Of a DNA stretch of 64,000 bases, positions 14,300-29,150 are shown in pieces. Position 1 is the first letter of the stretch, and every line of letters begins with the position of its first letter. Source of the DNA: Octopus sinensis (taxonomy: Eukaryota); the NCBI RefSeq assembly GCF_006345805.1, contig NC_043001.1, positions 92,752,001 to 92,816,000 on the forward strand, given 5' to 3'. The position numbers were made by a program, and so were the translations under genes. The notes beneath the pieces are model-generated. The model saw only the letters and a program-made list of their open reading frames with translations, had not been told where the DNA came from and did not search any database.

Positions 14300-16400
14300 A
14301 GAAACAAATTTAGACAGACTCTACATTTTATACATGAAATTTTGGAATGCATGTGAGTGATATTATTTTGTGATATGAATTTTGTTTCTGCCAGCAGCAA
14401 TAGTTAAGTATGTTTATATTTCCATATAGAACTTGCTAGTAAAATCAATAGCACACCTCCAATAAGTCTTGTACCATTATCTGACAAGTCTTTTCCTGGA
14501 ACTTTGCTGTCATGAAGTTTGTAATCATAGTCTCAAGGATTCATCATTGAAGCTGAGATGTGTGCTTGTGCAACAATACAGGAAATATACATCTCTTAGA
14601 TTTTTTCTAATCACCCTGAATCCTGATTGAACTCCTTTTGCTCAATCAGGATTTTTCACTCGTATGTATCTTTAACTTCCTGAGATGGAGATTCTGTTGA
14701 ATTTATTGATTGACATTCATATTTCTGTAAACAGTTGATTGGTTTTGATTAAATTACTTTTCTTTTTTTTCTTTTAGCTACACTTTGCTAATGCTAGGGT
14801 TTTTCAGACAGCTTTTAAGTTTTGTTTAAAGATTAATGTGTATTTGAGTATCTTTTCACTGATTTTATACATTGCTTCTACTTATTTTTCTCTTCTTGTT
14901 GATGGGGAGAGTAGTTATTTGCCTGTTTGCATGTGATAAGCAATACCACAAAACTGATAGTTTTATGTAGATCAATGATCATTTTTTAACCGTTTTCCAA
15001 AGCCGTGAGTGTATTTTTCTTTGTTTAGCCTTTCTTTAATTCTTCAATATTCTTAAGGCCCTGCTCTGCCAGGTGTTGAGAGAGCATATAAACAAATGTT
15101 AATTTGCCAAAATGAAAAAGCATTATACTGCTGTAAATATCCACCTCTGATTTTGTTAATTGTCATAAAAATTAACTCAAACATTCATATGTAGTCCTTT
15201 CAGAAAAATGGAGTTTCAAAAATGAATGTCATTTTTGAAAGATTTCACTAAGTTTATTTTTCAATTGCTGACACTCCTTGCACTTTTAGCTCATAGCATA
15301 TTTTTAATCACCACTGCTCTTGTTAAATTTGTTGATGAAATATTGTGTACAATATCCACTTGGTGTAATTTGCACAGTATTTACACTTTAAGGAATAAAA
15401 TTGCAATTATCATTTTTTGCAATAAAATTACAATTATTTATTGTTCTGCATTCAACAAATGTTACTTGTTGAGTAATTGCTTAACCAAAAGTACTTTAGT
15501 TCCAGGTGTAATTCATCTCAGTGTGTTTAGATTCTTATCCTGTAGCCAACAGAGATGTCTTATTTTCATAGGAATTAAGTTATTATTAAATCCAAAATTC
15601 CAAGAAAATTACATTTTATAGCTTCAGATTTTCTACAACTACAACTAAATAGATTTTGTTTGCTCTTCTTGATATCTTCTTTTGAATCTTCTCTGCTAGT
15701 TGTCATGACCACTTATGTTGCTGGTAGCAAATCCCTGCATCATGAATTCAAGTTTCAGACAAATATTACTATGATCTTGCATAAGGTTTTTCAATGATTG
15801 TAATCAGAAGAATAATCAGTTATTTAACAATACTGACAGCTGAAAGGGTATTCATTGTATATTCAATGAATAATCTTCCATGACAAAACAACTACTAACA
15901 ATTAATGCATAGTTTATAGTATGTGAATGCATACATGTGCATATGCATCTGTTATCACCACTTGTTGGTTCATTTACAAACTGCTGTAAAACAAGGGCCA
16001 TCAGGAAACTATTGTGCTTAATCAATAATGTCCATTGTTCAGTCACCAAGCCAGTCTTCATGGTGGTTATTGAAATTTCCTACAAATATAAAGATAGTAT
16101 ATCCAGTTCTCTTATTCCTGTTAAAGTGCTTGGTCTAGAAAAATTTAGTAGATCCATATCAGGATTGCAGGGCTTGTAGATGGTGTTATCAAAGTTTGTA
16201 GGAATGAAGAACACTAGAGCCTTTCCTGGGGATATGGGGAATGGTAATATCTTCCATGTAATACATAGCAATGCTAATACTTCATATCATATTTCTATGT
16301 CTTCAGCAGCACAGAGTTTCATGAATCTTGATGAAGTCAGCTCCATTAAGAATAGCTGAACTAAAAAAGTTTCTATGACAATTATTATAGAAGGCTCCAC
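14300..16400 (-). mobile_element. Ancient CR1/L2-group LINE remnant (APE endonuclease region)
   Basis: Minus strand near 15900-16080 gives IFVGNFNNHHEDWLG and LQQFVNEPTSGDNR, resembling the APE motifs GDFNxHHxxWLG and QxVxEPTRGxN. Heavily broken; extent uncertain. Confidence 0.55.
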
Positions 16401-17338
16401 TATAAAGCATAGGTTAGCAAGGTCATTTATATTAGACCCAACAATATACACAGTTATTGTGATTTTTAAATCCTTGTTATATAGCTGATGAGTGTATTAA
16501 CCTTATTTCCATCTGGAGATCTGTGTTGCATAATAAGCAGATGCTCTCTGAATCAATCTGTCAGTAAACAAAACATCACAAAGTTTGCATGTTAGTTAGT
16601 AAACTATATTAGACTTTAATCACTTAAACCCGCTACATGCCATTTCAATGCTACTGACCACTCCTACCATTTCTTGCTGCCTGTAGACTTTGTGTACCTT
16701 ACAGTCACCCATCTCCTTTCATGAACAATAATTTTCTGTTTGAGGACATTTTTTTTTCTTGCTGAAAATAACAATCAATTTGTCTTTTTCTAAAATCTCT
16801 TCTCCACCACCTTCACTCATATTCACTCCATCTGGCTTTTCTACTCATTCACATTACACAGTGTCAAACCTACACACATTTGCTAATATCATCTTCACTT
16901 GTTCTTGTAGCAAACTATTGGCAGTTTCGCCACTAACTATCTCTATTTTCCTGTGCAAGAAATCACATGCTACCGACTTCATGTATCCATTATTATCATG
17001 GTTACTGAAATAGCACATGTAAAATTGTTTTTTTTAATTTCGCTCGTCCCTATTTTGATAAACAATCTACATCCAGAATGATGTAGATTGTTTTTTCCCC
17101 CATGGATTAATAGACACACATGATTCCCTCCTGGTAATGTAGGCTGTCTTTTGCTTGTACATTTTCACAGGCTCTAGAATGCTAATGAAAATCTCAAATT
17201 TCCAATAATATAAGATTAAGAGTTTAAGAAAGCAAGACCATACAGTCATATATTGTTTGAGAAATCATGAAGATCCTATTATTAATACAAGGTATGTTTT
17301 TAAGAACATAACCATATGAAATGCTACTGAAGTTGTAC

Positions 17339-17392
17339 AAAAACACAACTTCATGTTATGCAAAACACAACTTCATGTTATGCAAAACACAA
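17339..17392. repeat. 22-bp tandem repeat, ~2.4 copies
   Basis: caaaacacaacttcatgttatg repeated directly. Confidence 0.9.
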
Positions 17393-19916
17393 AGGCAATA
17401 CTGTGCTGATTGCTGAACAGTTGATATTTTTAGCATAAAAAAAAGATATGCATGATCTCATAACTAGGGAAATTATCTGAAGAGAAAGAATGTCAAAAAG
17501 CTCCTATGGTTAGAGAAATCAATGGGTATCCAGTATCAGAATCAGCAACTTGAATGAAGTTTCCATGAAGATCTTTATAGAAGATGTTATTAGCCAGGTC
17601 CCATATATTTCTATTAAACTATGTACTTGTGTACTTCCCAACCCTACTATATGTAATGCTGTTTAGGCAATATCACTCAGTGCTTTTTAGAGAGGGATTA
17701 AGTATGCAGAGTTGGAACATACCCTATCTGATAGCATTTCAATTTTCAATTTCTCAAATTCTGAATAGCACATTAAACTAGTAATTTGAAAAACCATCAA
17801 TTACATGAATGGAAATAATCAAAGACTGCTCAATGGCAAAAAATGGTACAGGTAAACATAAAAATACATTTGAGACAAATTAATGTCCAGACTTCATAAC
17901 ACTATCTGATGTACCAAAAAGAATTCAAGTGATTGATCCCAGGAGGGTAGACTGCTTTGCAATGAGCTTAAAATATATAAATATTCCATAGTAGCATCAA
18001 TGCTACTCACCAACGTTCAAGCAAACAGTACTAACTGAAGCTAAAATCATAATGATACAGCCATAATTATGATAGTCTTCATTTGACAACTAACAAACAA
18101 CTTACAACATGAAATGAATGCATTGAAAAAATGCGTGTAGATGTTCAGGTATCTATATCTTAATACTAAAATCTAAGGCTTTTTCTTGAACGTGCAATGA
18201 AAATTATGGAAACAATCAAAAGTAGAGCAAAAGATATAGGATTTAATTCATAATTGTAAGATATCAATATAGATGTATTTACAATTTAATCTGACAGCAC
18301 GCATTATATAAATATGATGTATTGCAGATAATTATGTAGATATATATACATGTCTTCAGGATTTAATGTATAATAATAGCAGAATAATTATTAATAAGTC
18401 ATAAGTTTCATAACAAATGCTTCTTTGCACTGCTTTATATTTCAGTATGTGTGCACGTGCGCATGTGAGTGTGTGTACAATATGGAGGGTGATAAATGAA
18501 TGAAAAACATATACAAGTATCTAACTGGACAGGCAATTAATGTATAACAAAACATTCTCATGGCTTAATCACTAACTAGCTAAACTGATGCATGTAGAAT
18601 AAAGTTTTTAGTATACTCAAGGCAATATTTTTCTTTTTACTGCTAAATCATGGAAGGAATATTCATGCCTAAGACTTTTGCAAGATCTCAGACTAGTAGG
18701 TTGGGGAGAAACTATATTTGTGAGTTGCTGAAGTAGGATGTTGTGCATAAATATATTGAGTTACCACTTAAAGAGTGAAGACCTGGTCCAACTGCTGCAA
18801 CAGAGTGAACTCTAAAGGCACCCATGCATCAAGATCTAATAAATATCTTTCTGCTCCTCTGTTTCACCTGCAAAATCTTTTTTAATTGATCCTTTAATGA
18901 ATAATAAGATTCCATACAGCCAGAACTTAGATGGATTTTTCTATATCTTACTCTATCAATGGATTTATTCAATAATTACAATGTAAAAAGAAGTCTAACA
19001 AAAATTTTACTTTATTGATGAAAAATTAATTGAAAACACTCATTACCTTAGCTGATCCTCTGATTATTCTGTTTACTTAACTCTAATGGAGTTAGGTATG
19101 TTAAATAAGTAAATTTCAGTTGAAACTACTTTTCAGAAAACTATACTTTATCTTGATAGTGTATAACTATCATGCTTTGTCAAATATTTTGCTAACAATG
19201 GTTTGTTGATTTTCAGAATAATCACTATGTTGTAATAATCATTAGTATTTATTAATCTATTTTATCATTTGCATCAAGTGGAAAAATGTGCTACCCAAAT
19301 AGTAATTTATAGTTGTCATTAGTATAACATTTTAGTAGTAGGTAAAATGAAAAATATATTGGTAGTATAACAATTACTCTTAATGTTAGTATATCAAAGT
19401 ACTCAGTGGATAGTTTCAGTCAATGTTTTTAAAGAAGTTATATTTTGGCTGTTGTCTGTTCTAGTAAATATAGTGTCAAAGACGTCAGAAGCATCCTGGT
19501 TTGGTGTATGGCAGTACTTGTCATAACATAGAGCATGAAGTATCTAAACAGAAGTATGTACTGGCAATATATATTAATATATATTATATAAAAACAAGTA
19601 TTTGTTATTAATATTAGAATCTATTATGTAAATAACAACAGATTATGACTGTCAGAGAAATCTTGTAATTTGAGGTTTTGAATATAAGTGCATTATAATA
19701 GACAATACAATTTTATATGAATACTTCATAAAATACTCCCTTTGTTTCTCACTCTCTATTTTACATATTACAGTTGTTAAATCTAACAACAGATTTTGGT
19801 ATTTCTTACCTCCACTCCATTTTCACTGTCCTAATGCAAATGCAATGGGTTGGGTCTTAATGATATTAATTACAGGCTTATTTAGAAACAAAATGTGTGT
19901 GTGTGTGTGTGTGTGT

Positions 19917-19959
<43 letters not shown>

Positions 19960-20231
19960 GTTATTGACATTAGGATTATATATTGTATTAGTATTAATAT
20001 AACAAATGTTTTGTTTGTTTTAGCCTATAAAGAAAAGTCTTTGTATGTATGAGTGTGATTTTGCAAATGAGCAGGTTCCAGGGTCTTGTGTCCATGAGTC
20101 TCAGTATAGTTATTATTAAATGTTTGTTTAATAATAAAATTCTAAATTTTTTTCTTCGGGGTGTCAAAACAGCAATGTCCAAATTAGTAGTTAAACAGAA
20201 GCATTTTCCTTCTTGAGGAAGAAAGTATGAT

Positions 20232-20285
<54 letters not shown>

Positions 20286-23200
20286 TCCCTTTACATATAT
20301 GATGCAAATGAAGCACAAAAGGTGTGCAATAGAGCAGAAAAATTCATGTCTTTAGGACGACATTGATTAGTAATGGAATTGAGAAAAAGGTTAAGTTTAA
20401 ATAGAAAAACAACAATAAAATGCAGAAGTGGGAGGTAAAACATTGACAACCTTGTGTAAAGTTATGCAATGTTTGAATCAACTACATATCAAAAGTATAC
20501 ACTCAGAGAAACTGAAATGACCACAAGAATAGGTGCATGCTGGGTAGCATTTCTTACTGTACATTCCTTGTTTTGATTTGTGGACATGTCAATGTGAGAA
20601 AAAAAATTCTGATAACAAGCCTGGGGAAAGTGTTTTGGGGATATTAATTACTTCAGTTAAGATTGCAATAGTAAATTATTTCCTAGGTGATATATTTCAA
20701 AGAATGCAAAATCAAACTACTTCACTTGAACGATCATCAATAAAGTTATAGAAATGAATAATCTATCAAAAACAGTAGCGAAAACAGTACCACTTAAATG
20801 GCTATAAATTTTATCCATCTTGAGAGAAATGAATCTGACTACTTAAATTATCTGAAACAACAAGTCTAAGAAATCCTCAGATAGATGTGCCTTTCTTACA
20901 TTATAATAAAGATAATCAAATTGGAAAAATTAAATCACTTAAATCATTGCACAAGCAATTTATGCAGTAAAATTGTACACCTAAAATTAATTTTAATTAA
21001 CTTCATACTAGAATGCTTAATCAATGACCTAAAGTTCTCTGCTACTGAATCCTGCATAAGTCATGAGCAGTTGGAATTAAGCATATAACAATTTATTTCT
21101 TCTTTCCAATGTGTTTATATTCACTTCATTAAGCTAATAAGTTTTGAAAATTTATATTTCTATAAACTGATGATGCAGTTATCTTGTGGTTATATATTTT
21201 CTCAAAGCTGTATGGGAGGTAAAGAATGTACACTGACCCAAAACTAATTCTAATTCATAATACCCTATGATATAACAATTCTTTTGGATGGGTCTGAATA
21301 TTATTACATAAACTTCAGCTTTCCTATGAACCTAGCAATTAATAGTAATGAATCTGAGCCAAAGTATCTGTTGTTTATCAGATAGAGATGGCAATGAGTA
21401 AAATTATTGACACCCAACAACCATTTAGTTCATAACAAAGACATATTTTTCTAGTATAAATAACATTTTTGACAGTCTGGTGTTTATACATTCACTGCAC
21501 TGTTTTTTGTAGTTTCACCTTAAGATAATTGACTGCAAACTAGGTAAAGCATAGAGTCTATCAGAACTTGAATCAGGCACACAAAAACACCAAGCTTGGT
21601 CTGCTACCTTTCAGTAAGATTTTCTGATTAAAAAACAGCAAAACTATTCTAATTCTATTCTGTAATGACTTTCAGTCTTAATAAGAATCTTTTATAACAT
21701 CTACTGAAATCCAAATAATTAATATATAATCTTTAGTTCTTGAATTCTCCAAAAATTATAATACTGATGTTGATTATAAAGTTAAAAACCTAATCAATGA
21801 ATGTGAAATAAAAAGTTAAAGCAAATTTCAATTAACTTCAATGCAGTAACATTGAATATCATATAATATGTCATGTTTCATATATATATTCATTTAGCTT
21901 TGCGTTGCTGTTGAAACAAAGGCAAGCAAACACTAAAGAAAAAAGCAACTAAAATCAATGCAAAGATTCAACATGAAGTTGGATCTATGTTCAGTCATCT
22001 GGGTATATAACGTAAATTGTGATTTAGAAGTATGATAATTTAATGTTTTCATATTACGTCTGTATTTGGTATCCACAGACAGAAAATTAAACATTCACAA
22101 ATTCCATCCACCCCATAAATGAGTACAAAGGAAGAAATATGTAGCTCACTGAGGTAAGAAGTGTGAGCATTACATTATCTGGAAAGAATTTTGTTAAAAT
22201 AACTATTGTGTGGCAACATTAACTGTTGAACATCTCATAGTTCCTATTACCATTTCTACATCAAATGAGGCTGCATCTCTAATATTCAAAACACAGATTT
22301 AAGTTAGCCTTAAATATATAATAGGAGAGGCTACTACATTTTATGTACATCAGATTATGTATAAATTTTATATTTACTGAAAAGCATTAAATAGAAAAGT
22401 GCATCATATTTTCATCAAGAAAATATATATAGAAAAAAAAGAAAACAATAAAAAATAAATAAAAGGGAAGGAAAAATTCTTAAAAGCTAACGAGAGGGAC
22501 TTGATTGTTGACATTTTCTCTATAGTCAACTTGGAAATATAGCAAAGATTTTGTGTTATCAGGAATTTTAGACATTACAGTCCACATGTGATGTGGTTCC
22601 AAATTCTTTGAGGGTATGCTTCTCATAATATGAAGTGTGTCCACTAGAATTTACATTTTGTTGTTATTTTTTATAAGATTAAAGTTGTTTCAACGGGAGC
22701 CAAAGAGAAAACAGTAATTATTCAAAGAAGCTGAAACGTTTCCCTGGTCAGCCATTTCTAAAGTGGCAAAACTGTAAAAGAGCTTGTTGTCTTGGAATCT
22801 CATTTCAATGTACATTTATATATATTCATTCAGATATACATTGCATTGTTTAGTTTAAGGATTTATTTGATATTTCTTTATATATTTTTTCCTATGAATA
22901 TAACCCAAAGGTTTCAACATGGTTGGAAAAAGAATGAGCTTGAAATGAGGTTCTCTCACAATTATTAGTTTAACCATACTAACTCATTAAACCAAGTAAC
23001 CCACTCTGATCAATATTAAATTACCAATCCCTAGGGAGTTAACTGTTAATTCAACTATATGCTTATTTAATATCTCTCAAGAAAACTTTGTTTCAATAAC
23101 ATTAATTTAAATTAGGAAATACTATATTTACCTAAAACTTAGCTTTTTGTTACTTTCCTTCAATGTCTTGGTAGTGAGACACAACTGAGATGTGATTATT

Positions 23201-26200
23201 GGATAGTATGTAAATATCGAATCTTTCATTTTCCCATTATTTTTCACTTTTGAGGAAGAGTCAGGAATGGTCAATCTTATATAAATCTAATTATTTTCCC
23301 TACATACTTATTTTAGACTCAATATTATTGGAAAGCTAAAAGAATAAGATCTCATAAGCATTAAATTTAAAACTGTCTAGTAAACCTATCCCATAAATGA
23401 AAGTGTTTGTGGTTGTATGAAGAATTTATATGCTAAATATTATTATTCAACCAATTAAATTTGTGGTGCTGCCAAAAAAATTTAAACATTAAGGCTTCTG
23501 CAGTTGCTATATTAATAAAACTGCAAAACACTTTTCAATGACCAGTGGCACCTCACTTTCAAGCAATCAATTTGGCACATTTCTGACATTTATAGCACAC
23601 ACACATAAATATCATATATAATACACACACACACTTCATGTGTGTGTGTGTGTGTGTGTGTGCGTGTGTGTTAAATGTATTCTAATATGCACCACAATGC
23701 AGAAGGTAAGTTTTGAAAAGTTCACAAATCAGTTTTGAGTCTGAAACTGAGATTATATTTTAATTACATTGCTCATGCCATAATAAAAGCATGAACAATA
23801 CAATTCCTTTTTCCACCAATGCAGTTAACTGTGTCTAACTCTTTAATCCCATAAGCAATAAGATTACTTAATGAACCCAACTAAAAATACATTGCCAAAT
23901 TCATAGCAAGCTATCTCTTAGAAAAATATGAATTTTAAAAAGAAATGCGATGTACTATTATCATATAGAGAGTATCATAAACTTGTTCAGTTAAAGAAAA
24001 TATTAATGGAATTATTTCTTCAAAATAACTATATGACTTCTATGTAAATGGTTATGTTAAGCACAACATAAAAGTGAACACAAACACCTGCATGAGGTTG
24101 AACAACATACTTGTAATATACCACAGGTTTTGGTATTTGACAGCTATATGGCTTTACTCCCATAAGTTATGTTGTGCTTTTAGATATATAATTTGTAGCT
24201 ATCAGTTGGCACACACACATATATTGTGCATGTGTGTACATACAAGTAAAGATATGCATATGTGTGTTAATTTATTTTTCTTCCACAAAAACTATAACTA
24301 GTTTTAAATATACCTAAACATTATCATTCCATAGCTACTGAAGAATTTAAGTAGCATACAAGTTCTAGGAAGAAGTTGTTCAATGAAGAAGTTATTTCAC
24401 TATAACTCTAAATTCTTAATCATTTTAAAAATTAACACACAATGTATTTCAACAAAAATATGATTGTGAAAAAGTTATTGCATTGATATTAGAAAGGAAT
24501 GCAATAATATTTGAATTATAAATGCATGATACAGAAGAATTTAAACCATCATCCATCTTTTTTTCACTTTATCCTATGAAACAAATAACTCTAACAGTCA
24601 ATGATATCAAACTGTACATCTGTCTTATTTTTCTATCATAGGATTGGTTAAACAAAACTGGACGCAACCAATATGCTATTTCTCACCTGCTTTGCTTAAT
24701 TTCAGTTGGATAAGTTAGGTTATGGCTTTCGAAATTTCAAAGCTTATATAAAGTGAGGATATATATTTTGCTGAGAAACTGGTGCAAATATATATAACAT
24801 TAACCAATTTTCATAATCCAGGATAGTCTATTTAATAGAGAAGACTGAATTTATAATCCTTTGGAAGAGGACAGGACTAATTCCATTTCAGATATTTAAA
24901 AATAACCACCACATGTAACAATGAAGGTATACTGACAAAATAATGTTGATACAAATACACTAGCTGTATCTTATGCAAAATCAAAACAATCAGTCGAAAT
25001 TGCATTCGTAAAGATAATTGATTCTGCTGGTGAATTTCTAATTCTACATAACTGTACACAACACAACCCATTGAGTTCTATATTAATCTTTGAATCAAGT
25101 TCATCTATAATATGTGTGTTTGTGTTTACATTAATGTGATGTGCATAAGTACACATTATATTTATCTCTTTAATTCCTTTAATATAGTAATAGTGCATGA
25201 ATGAGTAAATGTAACTGAAATCATGTAAACATGTAAGTCAATAACTAATTATGCATCAATCATTAGTTTGACCTTAGTTCAAAGTAACTAGCTTATAGAA
25301 ATTAAAGAATTAATAAACTTTATGAAAAAAATTACATCTCTAAAAAGTATATCCCCTTTAAAATTACAGTAAGTATTTTGAATCTAATTTTACTACATTT
25401 TTGTAGGCAATAAACTTCTATCCATGTTACACAGAGTGTCTTACAGAATTAAAGAATTAAATTTACAATACTTAGTCTATTAAAATTTCAATTCTTTCAT
25501 TTCTATCATTCACCTTAATATATTTAAACAGTTTTTAAAAACTATGTAAAATGCTTTTTAAGCACTATGTCATAAAAGAATAATCTTCCAAACCAACACA
25601 AATTAAAGTTTAAAAACATCAAAATAATATTTAATGTGTTTTAGGAATAGAAAAATATAACTTTTGTAATTTACCCCTTCAAAGAAGAAGAAAAAACCCC
25701 CCAGTTTTTTTAAAGACTATATTAATTAATTATGATAGGATTTATACAAAGATCTTTAGTGAGAGTTTGAAATGTGTGATAACAAGTCCTTTTACAGTAA
25801 AATTTCAACCAATTTAGAACATTAAAGGAGTGTTTCAGCCTTTTTAATACCACTTAGTTTTGTCTTTCTCATTCCGTTAAATGAAGGTAAACCTCACTGT
25901 AATAAATATGTATAGATATATACATATACATGCTATGTACATGCACAGAGATATATATATATATATACATATATACAAAAATATATATATATGTATATAT
26001 GCATACATACATATATATATGTATATATATATACATATACACACACACACATACATACATATACAGTTGGGTGTATATATATATATATGTATATATACAT
26101 ATATCTATATATATATGTATATATGTATATGTACATATATCTATATATATATGTATTCATAAGTAAACACATACATAATTACATATGTGTATGCATATGA

Positions 26201-26296
26201 CTTTATATATGTGTGTGTATGTGCTTTAGCAAAGTTTTTGTTGGGCTGTGTTATTGCTAATATGAAGGGTGAGGCTACTCGCCAGTAAATACCCAC

Positions 26297-26578
26297 CTCT
26301 GACAATAACCTGAACAAGCAGCGAAGAAGGCCCTCGGCCTAAAGAGCTACTTGCTTGACAGCTGTAGCTGCCAGCATCCGAGTTCTGTACGCGGGAAACG
26401 ACCACAGTCCCATTGGCCAGCAGTTGGAGTCTGTCGGAGTTAAACTGCAGTGTGCGACCATTTTTGGTCCACTGTGTTTTGATGATGGGAGGGTTGGCGT
26501 CGACGTTGCAGACCAAGGACTGCTGATGTCCGAGAGCCCAGTAGATGCGGTGGAGCATTTTCAGCATCTTAGGCAGAT
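26297..26578 (-). CDS. Internal coding exon: one Ig-like domain of a turtle/IgSF9-like cell-adhesion protein
   Basis: 282 nt, phase 1-1. Acceptor ttcctcccccAG|AT with branch-like GCTAAT about 25 nt upstream; donor AGAG|GTGGGT. Peptide xLPKMLKMLHRIYWALGHQQSLVCNVDANPPIIKTQWTKNGRTLQFNSDRLQLLANGTVVVSRVQNSDAGSYSCQASSSLGRGPSSLLVQVIVR has the Ig Cys, Trp and D-x-G-x-Y-x-C motif. The C-x-V-x-ANPP...WTK and G-x-S-x-x-V-Q-V-x-V-R pattern recalls turtle/borderless/IGSF9. GC- and CpG-rich island in an AT-rich background. Family assignment is from memory, not a search. Confidence 0.93.
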
Positions 26579-27676
26579 CTGGGGGAGGAACATAATATGA
26601 TTAGCATTATCTGTCTGATTGTGTAATGATTGCAACCGATATAGTATCAGAGATAATTTGAGATATTATCATTTAAAATTATTTCTTTTTACCTATTTTA
26701 TTTTGTTTTCTCTTAAGGTTTGGGAAACTATTTTTTACTTATTATCTTATAATTTGAGGAAAGAAGGGGCATCAAAAACTCTTCTTAGAAAAGTAATATT
26801 ATTACAAATTTCTAATATAGGGGGAAAAAATAATAATGCTTAAGACAATTTCAAAAATATTTCTATTAAAACATTATTGTTAGAGACAAAGTGTAACAAA
26901 CAGAATTATAACAGTTTAATAATTTCTAGCAGATAATTGAAATACTTCAGAAATTTTGCTACATTAGAGTTAACATGAATACACTAGAATTTAGTATTTT
27001 ATATATGTTTTCATATATATAGATATCTAAACAAAAATATATCTACATATATAAAATACACATATACATATATAAACATATACATACACAGACATATATG
27101 TGTGCGTGTGTATGCACATGTATGTGTGCATATATATATATACATGTGTGCTTGTATACATACATATATATATATGCATTCTTGTAAATTATAGTTTATA
27201 TTTAGTTAAATTATACATTTAAAACAGGCAATGAAATATAATACTTTTAGATAGGGCTTTTATTATAAATACATTTATTTCTTTAATCTGAAACTAAGGT
27301 TTTTGTTATGTCAATTTAGATTTAGAATCAAATAAAAAAAAAGACTAAGTTGAGGAATTTTAAAATTTAGTTAATTATTTGTTAATTTCTTATATTTTTT
27401 CATCTAAGAATGCGTTTTAATATTTTAATAAATGAAAATATTTTGTATTATACTAGTGATTATAATTCAGAATAATAATAGATAATCCATAATAACAAAA
27501 ATATTTACTTATGGACTAGGATAGATGTATTATACAGCACTGTGATAGTGTAGCGAACACTGAACATTCAAAAAAAATTCACACAATTGTTTTGCCAAAA
27601 CATAAAAAAAATAACAAAAATGAAACAACAAAAGAATAGTAAAAGAAAAAGAAGTTTATCAGATACCTGTTTATAA

Positions 27677-27677
<1 letters not shown>

Positions 27678-27726
<49 letters not shown>

Positions 27727-27735
27727 CAACAACAC
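27678..27735 (+). repeat. (AAT)n(AAC)n microsatellite
   Basis: Direct reading. Confidence 0.95.
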
Positions 27736-27972
27736 CATTTTTTGGTGTTTTTACTTTTTAATTTAAAAATAATCAAAATACAGTTTAACAAAATAAAAAA
27801 AAATCATATAAGAAATATTTTGGAAAATGATAATGTTTAACAAAATGGAAGATAACAATAATAAAAATAAAAATTGGGGGAAAACAAACAAGACAAAACA
27901 GTGAGATGAGAGCAAGGAGGTTAAAACATGAATGGATATATATATACATATACATATATATACATATATCTA

Positions 27973-28023
<51 letters not shown>

Positions 28024-28085
28024 ACATACACACACACACATATATACATACATAGACACATGTACACATATACACACATATATTA

Positions 28086-28119
<34 letters not shown>

Positions 28120-28120
28120 A

Positions 28121-28165
<45 letters not shown>

Positions 28166-28321
28166 TACACACACACCACACACACACACACACGCACGCA
28201 ACACCAATACGTTTTACTGGAAGTTAAAACTTCATAAATTGCTACTCAGATATTCTCATTTCTCATCTTCACATGATTTCTAATATTCAAATAATTGAAA
28301 GGAAAGATATTTGAAATAAAT

Positions 28322-28392
<71 letters not shown>

Positions 28393-28859
28393 AGTGTAAT
28401 ATTTAAATACTGAGACACATCATGAGAGACAGCTGAAAACTAAAAGTTCTAACATGTTGCTCATATAATCACTGTATACAAAATAATAGGATGGGGAAGA
28501 GGATTAGTAATTTGCTATTAGAGAAACCCTTAAAAATTTTCTCTGAACTGTTAGATCTTTTAGTATTATCTTTTTGACACCACTCTTATATTAATAATAA
28601 TAAATATTTCATTTTTATATTAATATTTACTTATTCCCTTTGCACTGTTTGGATATCTTGCACATAAACATTTTCAAATATATAAGCAAATTTTTAACAA
28701 CTATTTTTTCTCCTTCTCTCTTTCCTTCTAGCCCCTAAGGTAAACCTGCCCCATCCCTCTATTTATCTTGTATACAACAAAAACTTTAATTCTATCTTTA
28801 ATAATTGCATGGAGATTGAAAATGGGAAACTTAAACTAAAGTGTCGTGAAGTTTCAGCT

Positions 28860-29150
28860 TCCAGTAAAATACAATGATTACAGCTAATTCACTGCCATCA
28901 ATTCACTGTAGGGCAAGTTCACCACCATCAATTCGTTGTAAAGAAAGTTCACTGTGAGGAAAGCTCCAAGAAAATATATCCATTGTGTCTCACCATTAAT
29001 AGTTAAAAACTATTTCATTGAAAAGAAAAAATGGTAAATTGATGACAGTGAACTTTCCTTGTGGTGGATTGATGAAAGTAAACTTTCCCTGTGGTGGATT
29101 GATGACTGAACATTCCCTGTGGTAAATTGATGGTGAACTTACCAGACATG
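28860..29150. mobile_element. MITE-like element with ~30-bp subterminal tandem repeats facing each other
   Basis: Right side: gtggattgatgacagtgaactttccctgtg-type units x3-4, ending ggtgaacttaccagacatg. Left side: reverse-complement units such as ctgtagggcaagttcaccaccatcaattc. AT-rich spacer between. Confidence 0.65.

Noticed and set aside
18760-18880. Minus-strand FRVHSVAAVGPG resembling an FN3 C-terminal strand
   Set aside because: An in-frame TGA lies five codons upstream, with no convincing acceptor and no other FN3 motifs.
19400-19545. Minus-strand acceptor followed by a 42-codon open frame (ILHALCYDKYCHTP...)
   Set aside because: No recognisable domain, the phase does not match the Ig exon, and a second frame is equally open.
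24687-24778. Strong minus-strand donor CAG|GTGAGA at 24687 as a next host exon
   Set aside because: All three frames from the nearby acceptors contain stops, and there is no Ig or FN3 similarity.
28703-28790. Plus-strand polypyrimidine/AG followed by CCCCTAAG|GTAAAC (8-nt micro-exon) or a PKVNLPHPSIYL peptide
   Set aside because: It is antisense to the only supported exon, the peptide lacks the Ig Cys/Trp pattern, and such signals arise by chance in 64 kb.
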